DNA of 64,000 nucleotides from Myxococcota bacterium (GTDB lineage: Bacteria > Myxococcota > UBA4151), in NCBI GenBank assembly GCA_036338695.1, contig JAYZBQ010000048.1, positions 128,001 through 192,000 of the forward strand, written 5' to 3'. The translations under genes and the position numbers were made by a program. The notes below the pieces were generated by a model. The model saw only the letters and a list, made by a program, of their open reading frames with translations, was not told the DNA's origin and did no database searches. Position 1 is the first letter of the stretch. Each line of letters opens with the position of its first letter. Below, one piece after another: positions 30,017 through 39,945 of the stretch.

Positions 30017-30945
30017 CCTTCATCGGACTCATCGGTCGTAAACTCCTGGCCCGCCTACCCGGTGTGCTCGGCGTCATGCTCGGAGCGAGCCTCCTTGTGA
30101 GCGCCACCTTACGGCTCGTACCCGGCGACCCCGTCACGCTGATCCTCGGTGAGCAGGCGACTGAGGCCGACCGAGCCCGGCTCGAAGATCGGCTCGGGCT
30201 CAACGCGAGCTTCGCAAGCCAATACGTCCGCTTCCTCAGCGACGTCACCAGCGGCAGCCTCGAGAGTTTCCGAAGCGACACACCCGTCTTCGAGGCCATC
30301 GGTCAAGCGCTGCCACAGACCCTTATCCTGAGCATCTTCGCGTTGCTGCTGTCCGCGAGCTTGGGGCTTAGCCTGGGCATCGCCGCGGCGCTCCATCGCG
30401 GCACATGGCTCGATGCGGGCGCGCTCTTTTTCGCCTCCATCGGGTTAGCGACCCCGCGCATCTGGCTTGGGCCGATGCTGCTCTTGCTGTTTGCGGTGCA
30501 GTGGGATCTCTTTCCCGTCGGTGGCAACGAGGGCTGGTCCTCGCTGGTGCTGCCGGTGCTGAGCCTCGGGACAGCGATGGCGGCGATGCTGGCACGTATG
30601 ACCCGCTCGAGCCTGCTCGAAGTGCTCGGTATGGACTACATCCGGACGGCGCGCGCCAAAGGGCTGAGCGAGCGCGTCGTGGTCGGTCGCCACGCACTAC
30701 GCAACGCGCTCATCCCGGTGATCACCATCTTGGGGCTCCAGCTGGGCTCCCTGCTCGCGGGCGCCGTGGTGACGGAAAAAATCTTTAACTGGCCGGGCAT
30801 CGGGACGCTGCTGCTCAAGTCCATTCAGACGATGGACTTCCCGATGGTCCAAGGGTGCATTCTCGTGATCGCTGGGACCTACGTGATCACGAACCTGATC
30901 GTCGACATCATCTACGAGGTCGTCGACCCGAGGATGAAGACATGA
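30013..30945 (+). CDS. Peptide ABC transporter permease (OppB/DppB-like)
   Basis: PGDPV, DYIRTARAKGL, HALRNALIP, EKIFNWPGIG. Confidence 0.95.
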   Translation: MTFIGLIGRKLLARLPGVLGVMLGASLLVSATLRLVPGDPVTLILGEQATEADRARLEDRLGLNASFASQYVRFLSDVTSGSLESFRSDTPVFEAIGQALPQTLILSIFALLLSASLGLSLGIAAALHRGTWLDAGALFFASIGLATPRIWLGPMLLLLFAVQWDLFPVGGNEGWSSLVLPVLSLGTAMAAMLARMTRSSLLEVLGMDYIRTARAKGLSERVVVGRHALRNALIPVITILGLQLGSLLAGAVVTEKIFNWPGIGTLLLKSIQTMDFPMVQGCILVIAGTYVITNLIVDIIYEVVDPRMKT

Positions 30946-31739
30946 ACCTCCTCCTCAAAATAGGTCTCGGCGGCTTTGCGCTCATCGTCACCGCTGCGCT
31001 CTTGGGACCGTTCCTCGCGCCGTTTGCGCCCGAGCATATGGACATCACACGGGAGCTGCTCCCGCCCGGAAGTGGTGCCGTCCTCGGCACCGGCGTCAAC
31101 GGAATCGACGTCTTCTCGTGGGTGCTGCACGGCGCTGCGATCAGCCTCACCGTCGGCCTCTCGGTCGTGCTCGTGAGCCTGACGATCGGCTTGGTGATGG
31201 GCGCGACCGCTGGCTACTTTGGTGGGCGGTTTGATTTCCTCTTAATGCGCATCATCGACGTCTTGCTCGCCTTTCCGGGGATCTTGCTCGCCATCTACAT
31301 CGCTGCCGTGCTCCCGCCGAGCTTGACCAACGTGATCTTAGCGCTCTCGGCGACCGGATGGGTGGGCTACGCCCGCTTGGTTCGAGGTCAGGTGCTTCAG
31401 GTCCGAGAGATGGAATACGTCCAAGCTTGTCGAGCCATGGGCATGCGCTCACCGAGGATCATCCTCCGGCACATCCTGCCCAACATCGCTGGACCGGTCT
31501 TGGTACACGGCAGCTTCGGTCTAGGGGGCGCCATCCTCGGCGAGGCAGCGCTAAGCTTCCTCGGCCTCGGCGTTGCCCCCGGGACCCCGAGCTGGGGCGC
31601 GCTGCTCGACGACGGCGCCCAATACCTGCTCGTTGCGCCCCACCTCGCCGTGGCGCCAGGGCTCGCCATCTTGATCGCCGTCTTATCGTTCAACTTTTTA
31701 GGTGATGGTCTGCGCGATCATCTGGATGTCCGCTCATGA
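30942..31739 (+). CDS. Peptide ABC transporter permease (OppC/DppC-like)
   Basis: ARLVRGQVL, RHILPN, EAALSFLGLG, PSWG, NFLGDGLRD. Confidence 0.95.
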   Translation: MNLLLKIGLGGFALIVTAALLGPFLAPFAPEHMDITRELLPPGSGAVLGTGVNGIDVFSWVLHGAAISLTVGLSVVLVSLTIGLVMGATAGYFGGRFDFLLMRIIDVLLAFPGILLAIYIAAVLPPSLTNVILALSATGWVGYARLVRGQVLQVREMEYVQACRAMGMRSPRIILRHILPNIAGPVLVHGSFGLGGAILGEAALSFLGLGVAPGTPSWGALLDDGAQYLLVAPHLAVAPGLAILIAVLSFNFLGDGLRDHLDVRS

Positions 31740-32827
31740 ACCCTTCTCGTCAGCTCGCGATGCGCACACTTATGATCGGCTTCGACGGCACGTCGCTCCC
31801 CGAGCACGTCGGGTCATGGATCGATCAGGGGCTCGGAGGCGTGATCCTGTTCCGCCGCAACATCGAGTCGCTCGAACAATTGATCGCCCTGAACGGAGAG
31901 ATCCTCGGGCGACAGCGTGCGCTCATGCTCGGGGTCGACGAAGAGGGCGGGCGCGTGCGCCGGCTGCGCGGCATCACCTCCGACCTACCACCGATGGCGG
32001 CGCTCGGCGCCACCGGCGACCCACAGGTGGCGTACCGCTGCGGCGCGCTGCTTGGGCGCGAGCTAGCGGCGCTCGGTTTTTCGATTAATTTCGCACCGAT
32101 CCTCGACATTCACACTAACCCGGCCAACCCGGTGATCGGGGACCGCGCCTTTGCGACCTCTGCGCAGGCGGTCATCGACATGGCGCTACCATTTGCGCGG
32201 GGGCTTCAAGACATGGGGGTTGCGGCGTGCGGGAAGCATTTTCCAGGTCACGGAGACACCGACACCGACTCGCACTTAGCGCTCCCCGTCCTCGATCATG
32301 ACGAGCACCGCCTAGCGACCATTGAATTGGCGCCCTTTCGCGCCGCTGCAGCGACCGAGATGGCGTCGATGATGACGGCGCACGTGGTCATCAAAGCCTA
32401 CAACGAGGAGCACCCGAGCACACTGGACGGGCGCGCCCTATCGCTTCTGCGGAGGCAATACCGCTACCCCGGCGTGATCATCTCGGATGATCTCGAGATG
32501 GCTGCGATCGCTGACCGTTACTCGATGTCCGAGGCGATCGAGCGCGGCCTGCACGCCGGGATCGATCTCTTCCTCGTGTGCCGACGGCGAGATCGAGTCG
32601 AAGAGAGCATCGAGGCGGTCATCAAGCTCGCTGAGCAGCCCAAAACCGCTGCGCTCGTCGCCGCCGCCGCACGCCGCGTCGAGTCGATGATCAAGCGCTA
32701 CGTCGGAAGCCCCGCACGCCCGCATCTTCGCGACGCCAAGCGCCTCCTCAAAGCGGTCCCGCTCCCGTCCAATCTCGCATCGACTCCGGGCGGTTATGAC
32801 CCGACAGAGACCGCCGAGCGGGTGTGA
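31736..32827 (+). CDS. nagZ: Beta-N-acetylhexosaminidase (GH3)
   Basis: GVILFRRN, DEEGGRV, KHFPGHGDTDTDSH, MTAHV, SDDLEM. Confidence 0.93.
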   Translation: MNPSRQLAMRTLMIGFDGTSLPEHVGSWIDQGLGGVILFRRNIESLEQLIALNGEILGRQRALMLGVDEEGGRVRRLRGITSDLPPMAALGATGDPQVAYRCGALLGRELAALGFSINFAPILDIHTNPANPVIGDRAFATSAQAVIDMALPFARGLQDMGVAACGKHFPGHGDTDTDSHLALPVLDHDEHRLATIELAPFRAAAATEMASMMTAHVVIKAYNEEHPSTLDGRALSLLRRQYRYPGVIISDDLEMAAIADRYSMSEAIERGLHAGIDLFLVCRRRDRVEESIEAVIKLAEQPKTAALVAAAARRVESMIKRYVGSPARPHLRDAKRLLKAVPLPSNLASTPGGYDPTETAERV

Positions 32828-32858
32828 CACACGCAACCGATTCTGGTAGGCAGACCCT

Positions 32859-33446
32859 ATGAAAAAGCCCCGGCAACACCTCCGCCTCGACTTTCAACGT
32901 CGCGCCGCGCAGACGACGCCGGCGACTCGCCTAGACGCCAGCCGCAAACGCCTTCTGGCGTTGGCGCTTGGCGCCTCGCTTGGCGGCGCAGCCGCGTGCG
33001 GCGATCTCGAGACCATCCCAGCGCCCGACGCCGGGGTCGTCGACCCACCCAGCGATACGGGTGCGTCATCGGACGCTGCGACGGCGCTCACCGACGCGGG
33101 CTTTCTGCGCGATGCGAGCGAGCGCAACGACGCCGGTGAATCGACCGACGACGGGGGCTTGACCGATGCAGGTGAACAGCCCCCCATGCCGATGCCAGAA
33201 GACGCCGGGGACGCAGAGGATGGCGACACCGGGGTGGTCCCGCCCATGCCGCCCCCACGCGACGCAGGGGTCTCGCCGCGCGACACAGGCGTCTCACCGC
33301 GCGACACGGGCACTTCCTCGCGTGACACCGGCGTCTCTCCTCGGGATACGGGCGTCGTCCCGCCGATGCCGCCGCCGCGCGATACGGGCATCTCACGTCG
33401 AGACATCGGCGAGTTACGGCGCGATGTCGGGCGCGAGGTCCCTTGA
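32859..33446 (+). CDS. Low-complexity lipoprotein-like peptide with D-x-G and PPMP repeats
   Basis: Long basic N-region, hydrophobic h-region, AAAC-GD cleavage/lipidation site, about 16 DxG motifs. The repeats diverge mostly at synonymous positions, which supports this frame. Confidence 0.7.
   Translation: MKKPRQHLRLDFQRRAAQTTPATRLDASRKRLLALALGASLGGAAACGDLETIPAPDAGVVDPPSDTGASSDAATALTDAGFLRDASERNDAGESTDDGGLTDAGEQPPMPMPEDAGDAEDGDTGVVPPMPPPRDAGVSPRDTGVSPRDTGTSSRDTGVSPRDTGVVPPMPPPRDTGISRRDIGELRRDVGREVP
33258..33443 (+). repeat. 21-bp coding repeat array (R-D-x-G-x-x-x heptads)
   Basis: RDAGVSP RDTGVSP RDTGTSS RDTGVSP RDTGVVPPMPPP RDTGISR RDIGELR RDVGRE. Confidence 0.85.
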
Positions 33447-34399
33447 CCAAAGCGCCAGAGCGCTGGCTGGCTGACCTGCTGCTTGAAGGCGCCCCGCTCG
33501 ACGAGGTCGAGCGGCAACTCCAAGCGGCTGGGTTTGCGACAGACGAGGCGCTTCAAGCGATCGAAACCGTGCTGTGCTCACCGATCTTCCAGGCGGCGCG
33601 TCCCAAGGTGCAGCTCGCTCAGCGCCTAGCCGCAGCCGCCGAGCTCCACCTCCAAGTCACCGAGGACGGCGGCCCTGTACCCCGGTACAACCAGCTCACG
33701 GCGGAGCGCTTTTACAGCACGTGGCTGCGCCATCATCAGCCCGTCGTCCTCGAGGGGTTTGCGCAGCACTGGCCCGCCCTGAGTTGGACGCCTCAGAGCA
33801 TCGCTGAGGCGCTCGGCGACGAACCGATCGAAGTGCTGTCGGGGCGCACGTCGGCAGACCATCCAGATCGCGACTATCGTCAGCTCAGGCACTCGATGGT
33901 CCCTCGAGATTTCGCGGCGCTGATCGAGTCGTCGGGCGCGTCCAACGACGTCTACCTCGTCGCCCGAAACCACCTCATGCAGCGACCCGCTGCAGTACGC
34001 CTTCTCGACGACATACCGATCTCGAGCGACTGGGTGCGGCGCGACAACCTGAGCACCTGCTGCAGCTTGTGGATGGGACCCGCCGGCACCTTTACCGCCG
34101 CACATCACGACACCTGCAGCGCCCTGTTCGTGCAACTTGTTGGGCGCAAGCGCTTTGAGCTGGCGTCGCCTCTTCAGATCGACGCCCTGAGCGAGTTAGA
34201 GCCTTACTACCTCAGCCACCGCAATCTGAACGACGTCTGCGACGGCGTTCGTATCGCCGAGCTTGAGCCAGGCGACGCGTTGCTGCTCCCCGTGGGCTGG
34301 TGGCATCAAGCGACGGCGCTGAGCGTCTCCGTCGGTATGAGCTTTAACGGCTTGCACGTGACCAACCGATTCGACGCCTACTGCCCTGGCCGGCTCTAG
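33443..34399 (+). CDS. JmjC/cupin_8 2-oxoglutarate-Fe(II) oxygenase
   Basis: PVVLEG...WPA, LWMGPAGTFTAAHHD (HxD), QLVGRKRF, LEPGDALLLPVGWWH. TTG start overlaps the upstream TGA, with GAGG RBS. Confidence 0.9.
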   Translation: MTKAPERWLADLLLEGAPLDEVERQLQAAGFATDEALQAIETVLCSPIFQAARPKVQLAQRLAAAAELHLQVTEDGGPVPRYNQLTAERFYSTWLRHHQPVVLEGFAQHWPALSWTPQSIAEALGDEPIEVLSGRTSADHPDRDYRQLRHSMVPRDFAALIESSGASNDVYLVARNHLMQRPAAVRLLDDIPISSDWVRRDNLSTCCSLWMGPAGTFTAAHHDTCSALFVQLVGRKRFELASPLQIDALSELEPYYLSHRNLNDVCDGVRIAELEPGDALLLPVGWWHQATALSVSVGMSFNGLHVTNRFDAYCPGRL

Positions 34400-36315
34400 G
34401 CGACTCGGGCGCGATGATCGAGCAATAACACCCAAGCCTCGGCGGCGAGAAAGACCAGCGCGAGCAGCAGCAAGAGCGGCCACAGCGGCTGGCGCTCCGT
34501 CGAGCCGACACCGCCCTCACCCGCAGCTGCGACGACCTCGGCGAAGGGCAAGCTCTCACGCGGGTCCGCTCTGAGCTCAACGGCTAAGCCCTCATCACGC
34601 TGCTGCCACAGGCCAAGCGATGGCGGCTCAAAACTGAGCTGGTCGTCGAGCAACTGCCCGCGCGCCACGCCCCCTTCGGCGCGTCGAAAGACGGGATCAT
34701 CCGTGACCTCAGCGACCGTCCACACCTGCCCGGGCACAACGCTCGGGCTCAGCTGAGTGGCGACGGCACCCGAGAGCCGGCGCAGCGCGCCTCTCAAAAG
34801 CGGCACGAACCCTGGGCGAATGGCGAGGTCGGCATCATCTCGGTCGATGCTCGTCGTCAGCAGCGCAACCTGACCAGACCCCACGGGCTGCTCAATCCAA
34901 AGCGGCCTGCCGTCGCTCATACGCCACCGCACACCCGCCTGTGCGTCGACGTTGAGACCCTGCCAGATCATGGTCCTGAGCAACCCTGCGCCTCGCTCAA
35001 GCCCGAGCTGGCGCGTCCACTCGAGGTTCGGCGGAGCAGCGCTCAGCGCCGCCCGCTTGCTGACCTCGCCGTCCGGATCCTTCGCGGCCCAGCGCGCACG
35101 CGGCACCGCAGGCAGGATCGGCCCGAGCGCTCGCTGCAGCTCCAGCGGGTCCGTGTTGGAGCCGACGCTGATCAACACCCCGCCACCTGCGCGGGCAAAA
35201 CTCATCAACGCTTGCGCAAAACTCGGGTCAAGCCGGGCGACGTTCGCGAGCAGCACGACGTCCGCCTCTTGGAGCGGCGCGCGGTGCTCCTCACCCGCCG
35301 AGACCGACTCGAGGGTAAACGGGTCGTGATGATCAAGGGCCCGCGCCGCTTGACCGACATAATAGAGCTCGTCCGCATAGGCGGAGTCACGCGCATCGCC
35401 GTTGACCGCGAGCAGCCGCGTCGGACCGCTCGCGACCAAGAGGCTTTGGCGCCGATTGTCCGCTGAGCGTGGGTCCTCCGGGAGGCGCAGCTCCAGCCGG
35501 TACCGGCCGGGCTCAAGACCCAGGGTCAACTGAGCGACTGCGCGCCCGCTCGCCGGCAACGTCACGCGGGTTGCGGCGCGCGCCTTGCCGTCGACCAACG
35601 CCTCCACACGCACCGGACCCGGCGCGCCCACGACCTCGACCTTGAGCTTGTAGCTGTTTCCGCCGCGCCGGCTCAAGGTGACCTCACCCAAGCCACGATT
35701 GCTGGTGCCTTCGTCGGGCTTGGAGACCCGCTCGATCGGCGCATCACCGATAAACGACGACCAGCCGTCGGTGAGCACGAGCGCCGACTCGGGCAGCGAC
35801 GTAGCGCAGGCGGAGAGACCGGCGACGCCGAGCGGCTCAAAGGACCCCACCTCAGCGGCGACGCGCACCCCAGAGCGAGGCTCGCCGACCAAAGGCTTCA
35901 ACCCCTTGACGGTGCACAGTGAGAGGCTGACCGGGCGCCGGTCCGCCTGCGCCTGAGCGCTGGCGAGGGCGCGCTCAAAGAAGCTGCGTCCGTCCTCGCC
36001 GCGCGTGCCCATCGAGCCGCTCCCATCGATCAGGAGCGCCAGGGCGCTGCGATCCGCCTGCGCCGGCGTTGCGTCGCGCCCGAGCTGAGGCTGCAGCAGC
36101 GCCAAGATCAAGCAGAGCACCCACGCCGTTCGGAGCGCCAGCAACAACCATCGCCTCAGCCGCATACGCCGCTCTTGGCGCTTGAGCGCTCGAAGGAGCA
36201 GCCCGATCGGTGCGAACTCCATCGGTCGAGGCGGACGTCGCGTCAGCAGATGAATGATCAAGGGCGCGCTCACAAGCGCCAAAAGCGGCCAGAATACCAG
36301 GTTGAGGAAGCTCAC
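34396..36315 (-). CDS. BatA-domain / vWA membrane protein
   Basis: PLIIHLL...F...LL...LLLALR BatA N-terminus, IDGSGSM MIDAS, ADN motif, C-terminal LWP + TM. Confidence 0.85.
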   Translation of the reverse strand: MSFLNLVFWPLLALVSAPLIIHLLTRRPPRPMEFAPIGLLLRALKRQERRMRLRRWLLLALRTAWVLCLILALLQPQLGRDATPAQADRSALALLIDGSGSMGTRGEDGRSFFERALASAQAQADRRPVSLSLCTVKGLKPLVGEPRSGVRVAAEVGSFEPLGVAGLSACATSLPESALVLTDGWSSFIGDAPIERVSKPDEGTSNRGLGEVTLSRRGGNSYKLKVEVVGAPGPVRVEALVDGKARAATRVTLPASGRAVAQLTLGLEPGRYRLELRLPEDPRSADNRRQSLLVASGPTRLLAVNGDARDSAYADELYYVGQAARALDHHDPFTLESVSAGEEHRAPLQEADVVLLANVARLDPSFAQALMSFARAGGGVLISVGSNTDPLELQRALGPILPAVPRARWAAKDPDGEVSKRAALSAAPPNLEWTRQLGLERGAGLLRTMIWQGLNVDAQAGVRWRMSDGRPLWIEQPVGSGQVALLTTSIDRDDADLAIRPGFVPLLRGALRRLSGAVATQLSPSVVPGQVWTVAEVTDDPVFRRAEGGVARGQLLDDQLSFEPPSLGLWQQRDEGLAVELRADPRESLPFAEVVAAAGEGGVGSTERQPLWPLLLLLALVFLAAEAWVLLLDHRARVA

Positions 36316-37190
36316 CGGATGACCCCCTCAAGGAGCCGGCGGATGGGTTCGATCGGGCTTTGACCGGTCCGGCAGGGGACGAAGCGAACACCGGCGCTCG
36401 CAGCCGCAGCGAGGCATTCGGCGTCAAAGCGCGCCAGCTCCTCAAGATAAGCGGCTCGTAGCGCCCCGGCGTCAGCCACCAACGGCGCCTCACCCTCGAG
36501 CCCTGTAAAGCGGATCGGCCCTCGGTAATCGAAGCCGAGCTCATCTTCAGCCAAGACCCGCAAGACCACGAGGTGCCAGCCCCTCGACCGGAGCTCAGAG
36601 AGCTGCCGCCAGAAGGTCTCATCGACCGACAAAAGGTCACTGACGATGACACCAAGCCCCCGCTCAGAGCGCTCCGCAAGGGCGCCGAGCGCTGCGCTCA
36701 AGTCCGTCTGCCCCTCAGGCGTGATCTGCTCAAACGTTTGCGCTGCGGTGTCCAACTCGGCGATCTGTCGAAGGCGCAGCTTGGCGCGCGGCACGCCAGC
36801 GACCGCGTGCAGTTCGGCGGCGTCCCCACCGAGGCGAGCGCAGTAAGCCGAGGCCAAACCAAGCCAGCAAGCGTACCGCCACTTGGACACCGGCTCACCC
36901 GTGCGCATGCTCGCTGAGGTATCGATCAGGGTGTGCACGCTCAGGCGTCGCTCAGCGCGCTGCTCGCGCACGAGGACACGCGCCGAGCGTGCCGAGGCGC
37001 GCCAGTCCACTCTTGCGGGTTCATCACCCGAACGAAAAGCCCGGTGCTCCACGAAATCCCCGCCGCCTTGAACGCCGCGCGCGGCGTGCGCGCCCAGCGG
37101 CACCGCCTCCACCAAACGGCGGACCTGGAGGTGGAGCCGACCCAGCCGGCTGAGCTCCTCGATCAGGTCTTTGGTGGACTCGATGGGCAC
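36312..37190 (-). CDS. DUF58 vWA-like protein
   Basis: DFVEHRAFRSGD...VDWRASAR, IDTSASM, IVSDL. Confidence 0.88.
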   Translation of the reverse strand: MPIESTKDLIEELSRLGRLHLQVRRLVEAVPLGAHAARGVQGGGDFVEHRAFRSGDEPARVDWRASARSARVLVREQRAERRLSVHTLIDTSASMRTGEPVSKWRYACWLGLASAYCARLGGDAAELHAVAGVPRAKLRLRQIAELDTAAQTFEQITPEGQTDLSAALGALAERSERGLGVIVSDLLSVDETFWRQLSELRSRGWHLVVLRVLAEDELGFDYRGPIRFTGLEGEAPLVADAGALRAAYLEELARFDAECLAAAASAGVRFVPCRTGQSPIEPIRRLLEGVIR

Positions 37191-37195
37191 CGACT

Positions 37196-38164
37196 TTACG
37201 CGATCAGTCGAAGCGCCACGTCGGCGCCGGTAAGGCCTTCGGACTCCGCCCGGAAGTTCGGGATCAATCGGTGCCCGAGCACGGCCGGTGCGACCGCCCG
37301 AAGATCGCTCATATCGGCGGCGGGGCGTCCCTGCATGAGCGCTCGAGCGCGCGCCGCATGCACCAGGAACTGGCTCGCCCTCGGACCGGCGCCCCAGCGC
37401 AGGTAGGTGCGCACGAGCTCCGGAGCCTCCTCACCGGGGCGGCTGCTGCGCACCCAGGCCACGGCGCGCTCGACCAAGCCCTGATCGACGGCCACCTGAT
37501 TGACCAGCGTCTGGATCTCCGCAAGGCGAGGGGCCGACCAGACCGGGTCAACCGGCGCCGCTAAGTCAGCCTGCGTCAGCGCCGCGATCCGGACCTCATC
37601 CTCTGCGCTGGGGTAGTCCACGTGCAGCTGCATCAAGAAGCGATCGAGCTGTGCCTCTGGCAAGGGATACGTACCCTCCTGCTCGATGGGGTTCTGGGTC
37701 GCAAACACGTGGAATGGCTGACCCAGATCATAGCTCGTCCCGGCGACGCTGACGCTGCGCTCCTGCATAGCCTGAAGCAGCGCCGCTTGGGTCTTAGGCG
37801 GCGTGCGGTTGATCTCATCAGCGAGCACCAACTGGGCGAAGATCGGCCCCTGCAGAAACCGAAACGAGCGCTTGCCCTCATGCTCTTCAAGCACCTCTGA
37901 GCCCAGGATATCAGCCGGCATCAGGTCCGGCGTGAACTGAATGCGCGAGAACGCCATGCCGGTGGCTTCAGCTACGGTGGAAACCAGCAACGTCTTCGCC
38001 AAGCCGGGGACCCCGACGAACAACCCGTGACCACCGCCGACCAAGCAAGTGATCAGACCATCGACGACCTGTTCTTGACCGACGATGCGCTTGTGGATGC
38101 GGGCGCGCAACTCGCGCACATCTGCAGCGACACGCTCGAGACTGTGTTGCAGTTCTTGGCTCAT
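37196..38164 (-). CDS. moxR: MoxR-family AAA+ ATPase
   Basis: GVPGLAKT, RIQFTPDLMPAD, DEINRTPPKTQAALL, TQNPIEQEGTYPLPEAQLDRF. Confidence 0.95.
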   Translation of the reverse strand: MSQELQHSLERVAADVRELRARIHKRIVGQEQVVDGLITCLVGGGHGLFVGVPGLAKTLLVSTVAEATGMAFSRIQFTPDLMPADILGSEVLEEHEGKRSFRFLQGPIFAQLVLADEINRTPPKTQAALLQAMQERSVSVAGTSYDLGQPFHVFATQNPIEQEGTYPLPEAQLDRFLMQLHVDYPSAEDEVRIAALTQADLAAPVDPVWSAPRLAEIQTLVNQVAVDQGLVERAVAWVRSSRPGEEAPELVRTYLRWGAGPRASQFLVHAARARALMQGRPAADMSDLRAVAPAVLGHRLIPNFRAESEGLTGADVALRLIA

Positions 38165-39945
38165 GGTTTTTCCTTTAAATCAACGGTCAGCGTGGTGGTT
38201 TTACCCAGCACAACCTGGACATCGAGGCTGCGCTCAAGGCTGAGCGCGGTGTTACGGAGTGTCACCCGGCGTGTCCCCACCGGGACCGGGTAATCGGTCA
38301 AGGGCGTGGCGCGCTTGAGCGGCTTATCATCGATGAGGACGTCGGCCCACGGGGTGCTCGTGATCGAGAGGAAGCCGACATCACCCTGGTGATCCTTCTC
38401 GCCGGTCGCGGGTAGCTCGCGACGCAGAACCTCGAGGGCGCGGGTCTCACGGGTGACGATCTCGTCGAGCTTGAGCTCGGTGGCGGCGATGCGCATCCCT
38501 TCGTGCACCTCAGGGTCGAAGGGGTTGATGGCGTTCGCCCGCCTGTAGGCGTCGAGCGCCTGCTCGTAGGCCTTGGACTGGATCGCTAACCTACCGAGCA
38601 GGACGTGAGTGCGTGGATCGTCTGGGTTACGCGTCGCGCTCTGACCCAGCACTTCTTGCGCACGCTCTAGCTTCTTTGCGGCGATCAGGCACGAGGCGAG
38701 GCGGTGCACCAGCCCCGGATAACCCGGCCCGGCGCGCTTGAGGCTGCGTTCATACTCGATGGCGGCGGCGGCGCGATGCCCTCGACGGTACAAGAGGTCA
38801 CCGAGGCGCGCGTAGCGACCCGCCTCACCGTCCGGCCGATCAGGGTCGTCGTCGTCGACGGCGGCGCGGTTGGTGCCAAAGGCGATCGCCGGCTTCGTCA
38901 CGCCGTCGCGTGTCTCAAAGGGTCGCTTTTTGAGCCAGGCGCTCCACCTCGACTCGAAGGTTTTAAGATCGGCGCCCGTGACGGCCCGAAACGCTCGATC
39001 GAGGTTGCCGCCGGAGGCTTTGAGTCCGTCGAGCAGCCCGAGGATCGCCTTGTCCGAGTAGGTCTCAAGGAGATACTCGATCGCCGTGTGCACCTCAGCA
39101 AAGGCGGTCGCCGTAGCCTCCTGGCTTGGCAAGTACGCCATCGACGGCGACATCTGCTCAAACGTGATCAACTCATCTTTGTTGACCGCCCTCGCCAGGA
39201 GCCCAGCAGAGCGCGGGGAGAGCGGCTCACCAAAGGGCTTACGCCAACCCGACTCGTGGTACTTGGCGAGCCCTTCGTGCAGCCAGACAGGGACCGTGTT
39301 GTGGCTCTTACGACTGATCAAGAGGTGGATCAGCTCGTGACTGACCGTATCCAGCCAGTCGTAGCCTCGCAACGTCACCCGCGGCGTGATGATCATCAAG
39401 CGATCAAATTTGCACAATGCGATCGTCCCTGAGGTCTGGATGGACTTGAGATCGAGCGTCGAGACGCGGCTAAAGGCTTTGGTTGACGGGTACACCTCCA
39501 CCACCAAGGGCGCGTCGATCGTTAGACCAAAGCGCGGCGCTAAGCGATCGATGGCGTCATTCAGCCCAGCGAGGAGGTACGGAGCGAGCACCTCATCCGG
39601 ACCCGGCGCCATCCGAACGATCGCCCGCCGGTCTCGATATTCCGTAAAGTCTTTGGTGACGAGGTACGTCTCACGGATCAGTGAGTACATCGCCGGCTCA
39701 CGCCCCGTCGCCGCTTTGGCGCGGCGCATCAGATCCATTGCGTCGGCATAGCGCTGTTGGTGAAACTTCACGCGCGCAGCGGCCGCTTGAATCGCCGGAA
39801 GATCGGGGAGCGCCTCGAGCAAGGGCTCGACCGCTTTGGCTGCGGCGTCCACCTGCCAGGCGTTGAGCAGAGCCTGAACCTGGCGCTCAGGGCCCGCCGT
39901 CGCGACCTGCGAGACGCTCAACGCGATCAACAGCCACCATCTCAT
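38161..39945 (-). CDS. TPR + peptidase MA-like + PEGA-domain exported protein
   Basis: Signal peptide, HELIH...PVWLHEGLA zincin motif, TPR repeats, C-terminal LSITSTPWADVLIDD...TP PEGA. Confidence 0.85.
   Translation of the reverse strand: MRWWLLIALSVSQVATAGPERQVQALLNAWQVDAAAKAVEPLLEALPDLPAIQAAAARVKFHQQRYADAMDLMRRAKAATGREPAMYSLIRETYLVTKDFTEYRDRRAIVRMAPGPDEVLAPYLLAGLNDAIDRLAPRFGLTIDAPLVVEVYPSTKAFSRVSTLDLKSIQTSGTIALCKFDRLMIITPRVTLRGYDWLDTVSHELIHLLISRKSHNTVPVWLHEGLAKYHESGWRKPFGEPLSPRSAGLLARAVNKDELITFEQMSPSMAYLPSQEATATAFAEVHTAIEYLLETYSDKAILGLLDGLKASGGNLDRAFRAVTGADLKTFESRWSAWLKKRPFETRDGVTKPAIAFGTNRAAVDDDDPDRPDGEAGRYARLGDLLYRRGHRAAAAIEYERSLKRAGPGYPGLVHRLASCLIAAKKLERAQEVLGQSATRNPDDPRTHVLLGRLAIQSKAYEQALDAYRRANAINPFDPEVHEGMRIAATELKLDEIVTRETRALEVLRRELPATGEKDHQGDVGFLSITSTPWADVLIDDKPLKRATPLTDYPVPVGTRRVTLRNTALSLERSLDVQVVLGKTTTLTVDLKEKP

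Noticed and set aside
33258..33443. CRISPR-like array (also considered for 25871-26028)
   Set aside because: Units are contiguous multiples of 3 with no unique spacers, lie in coding frames, and no cas genes are present.
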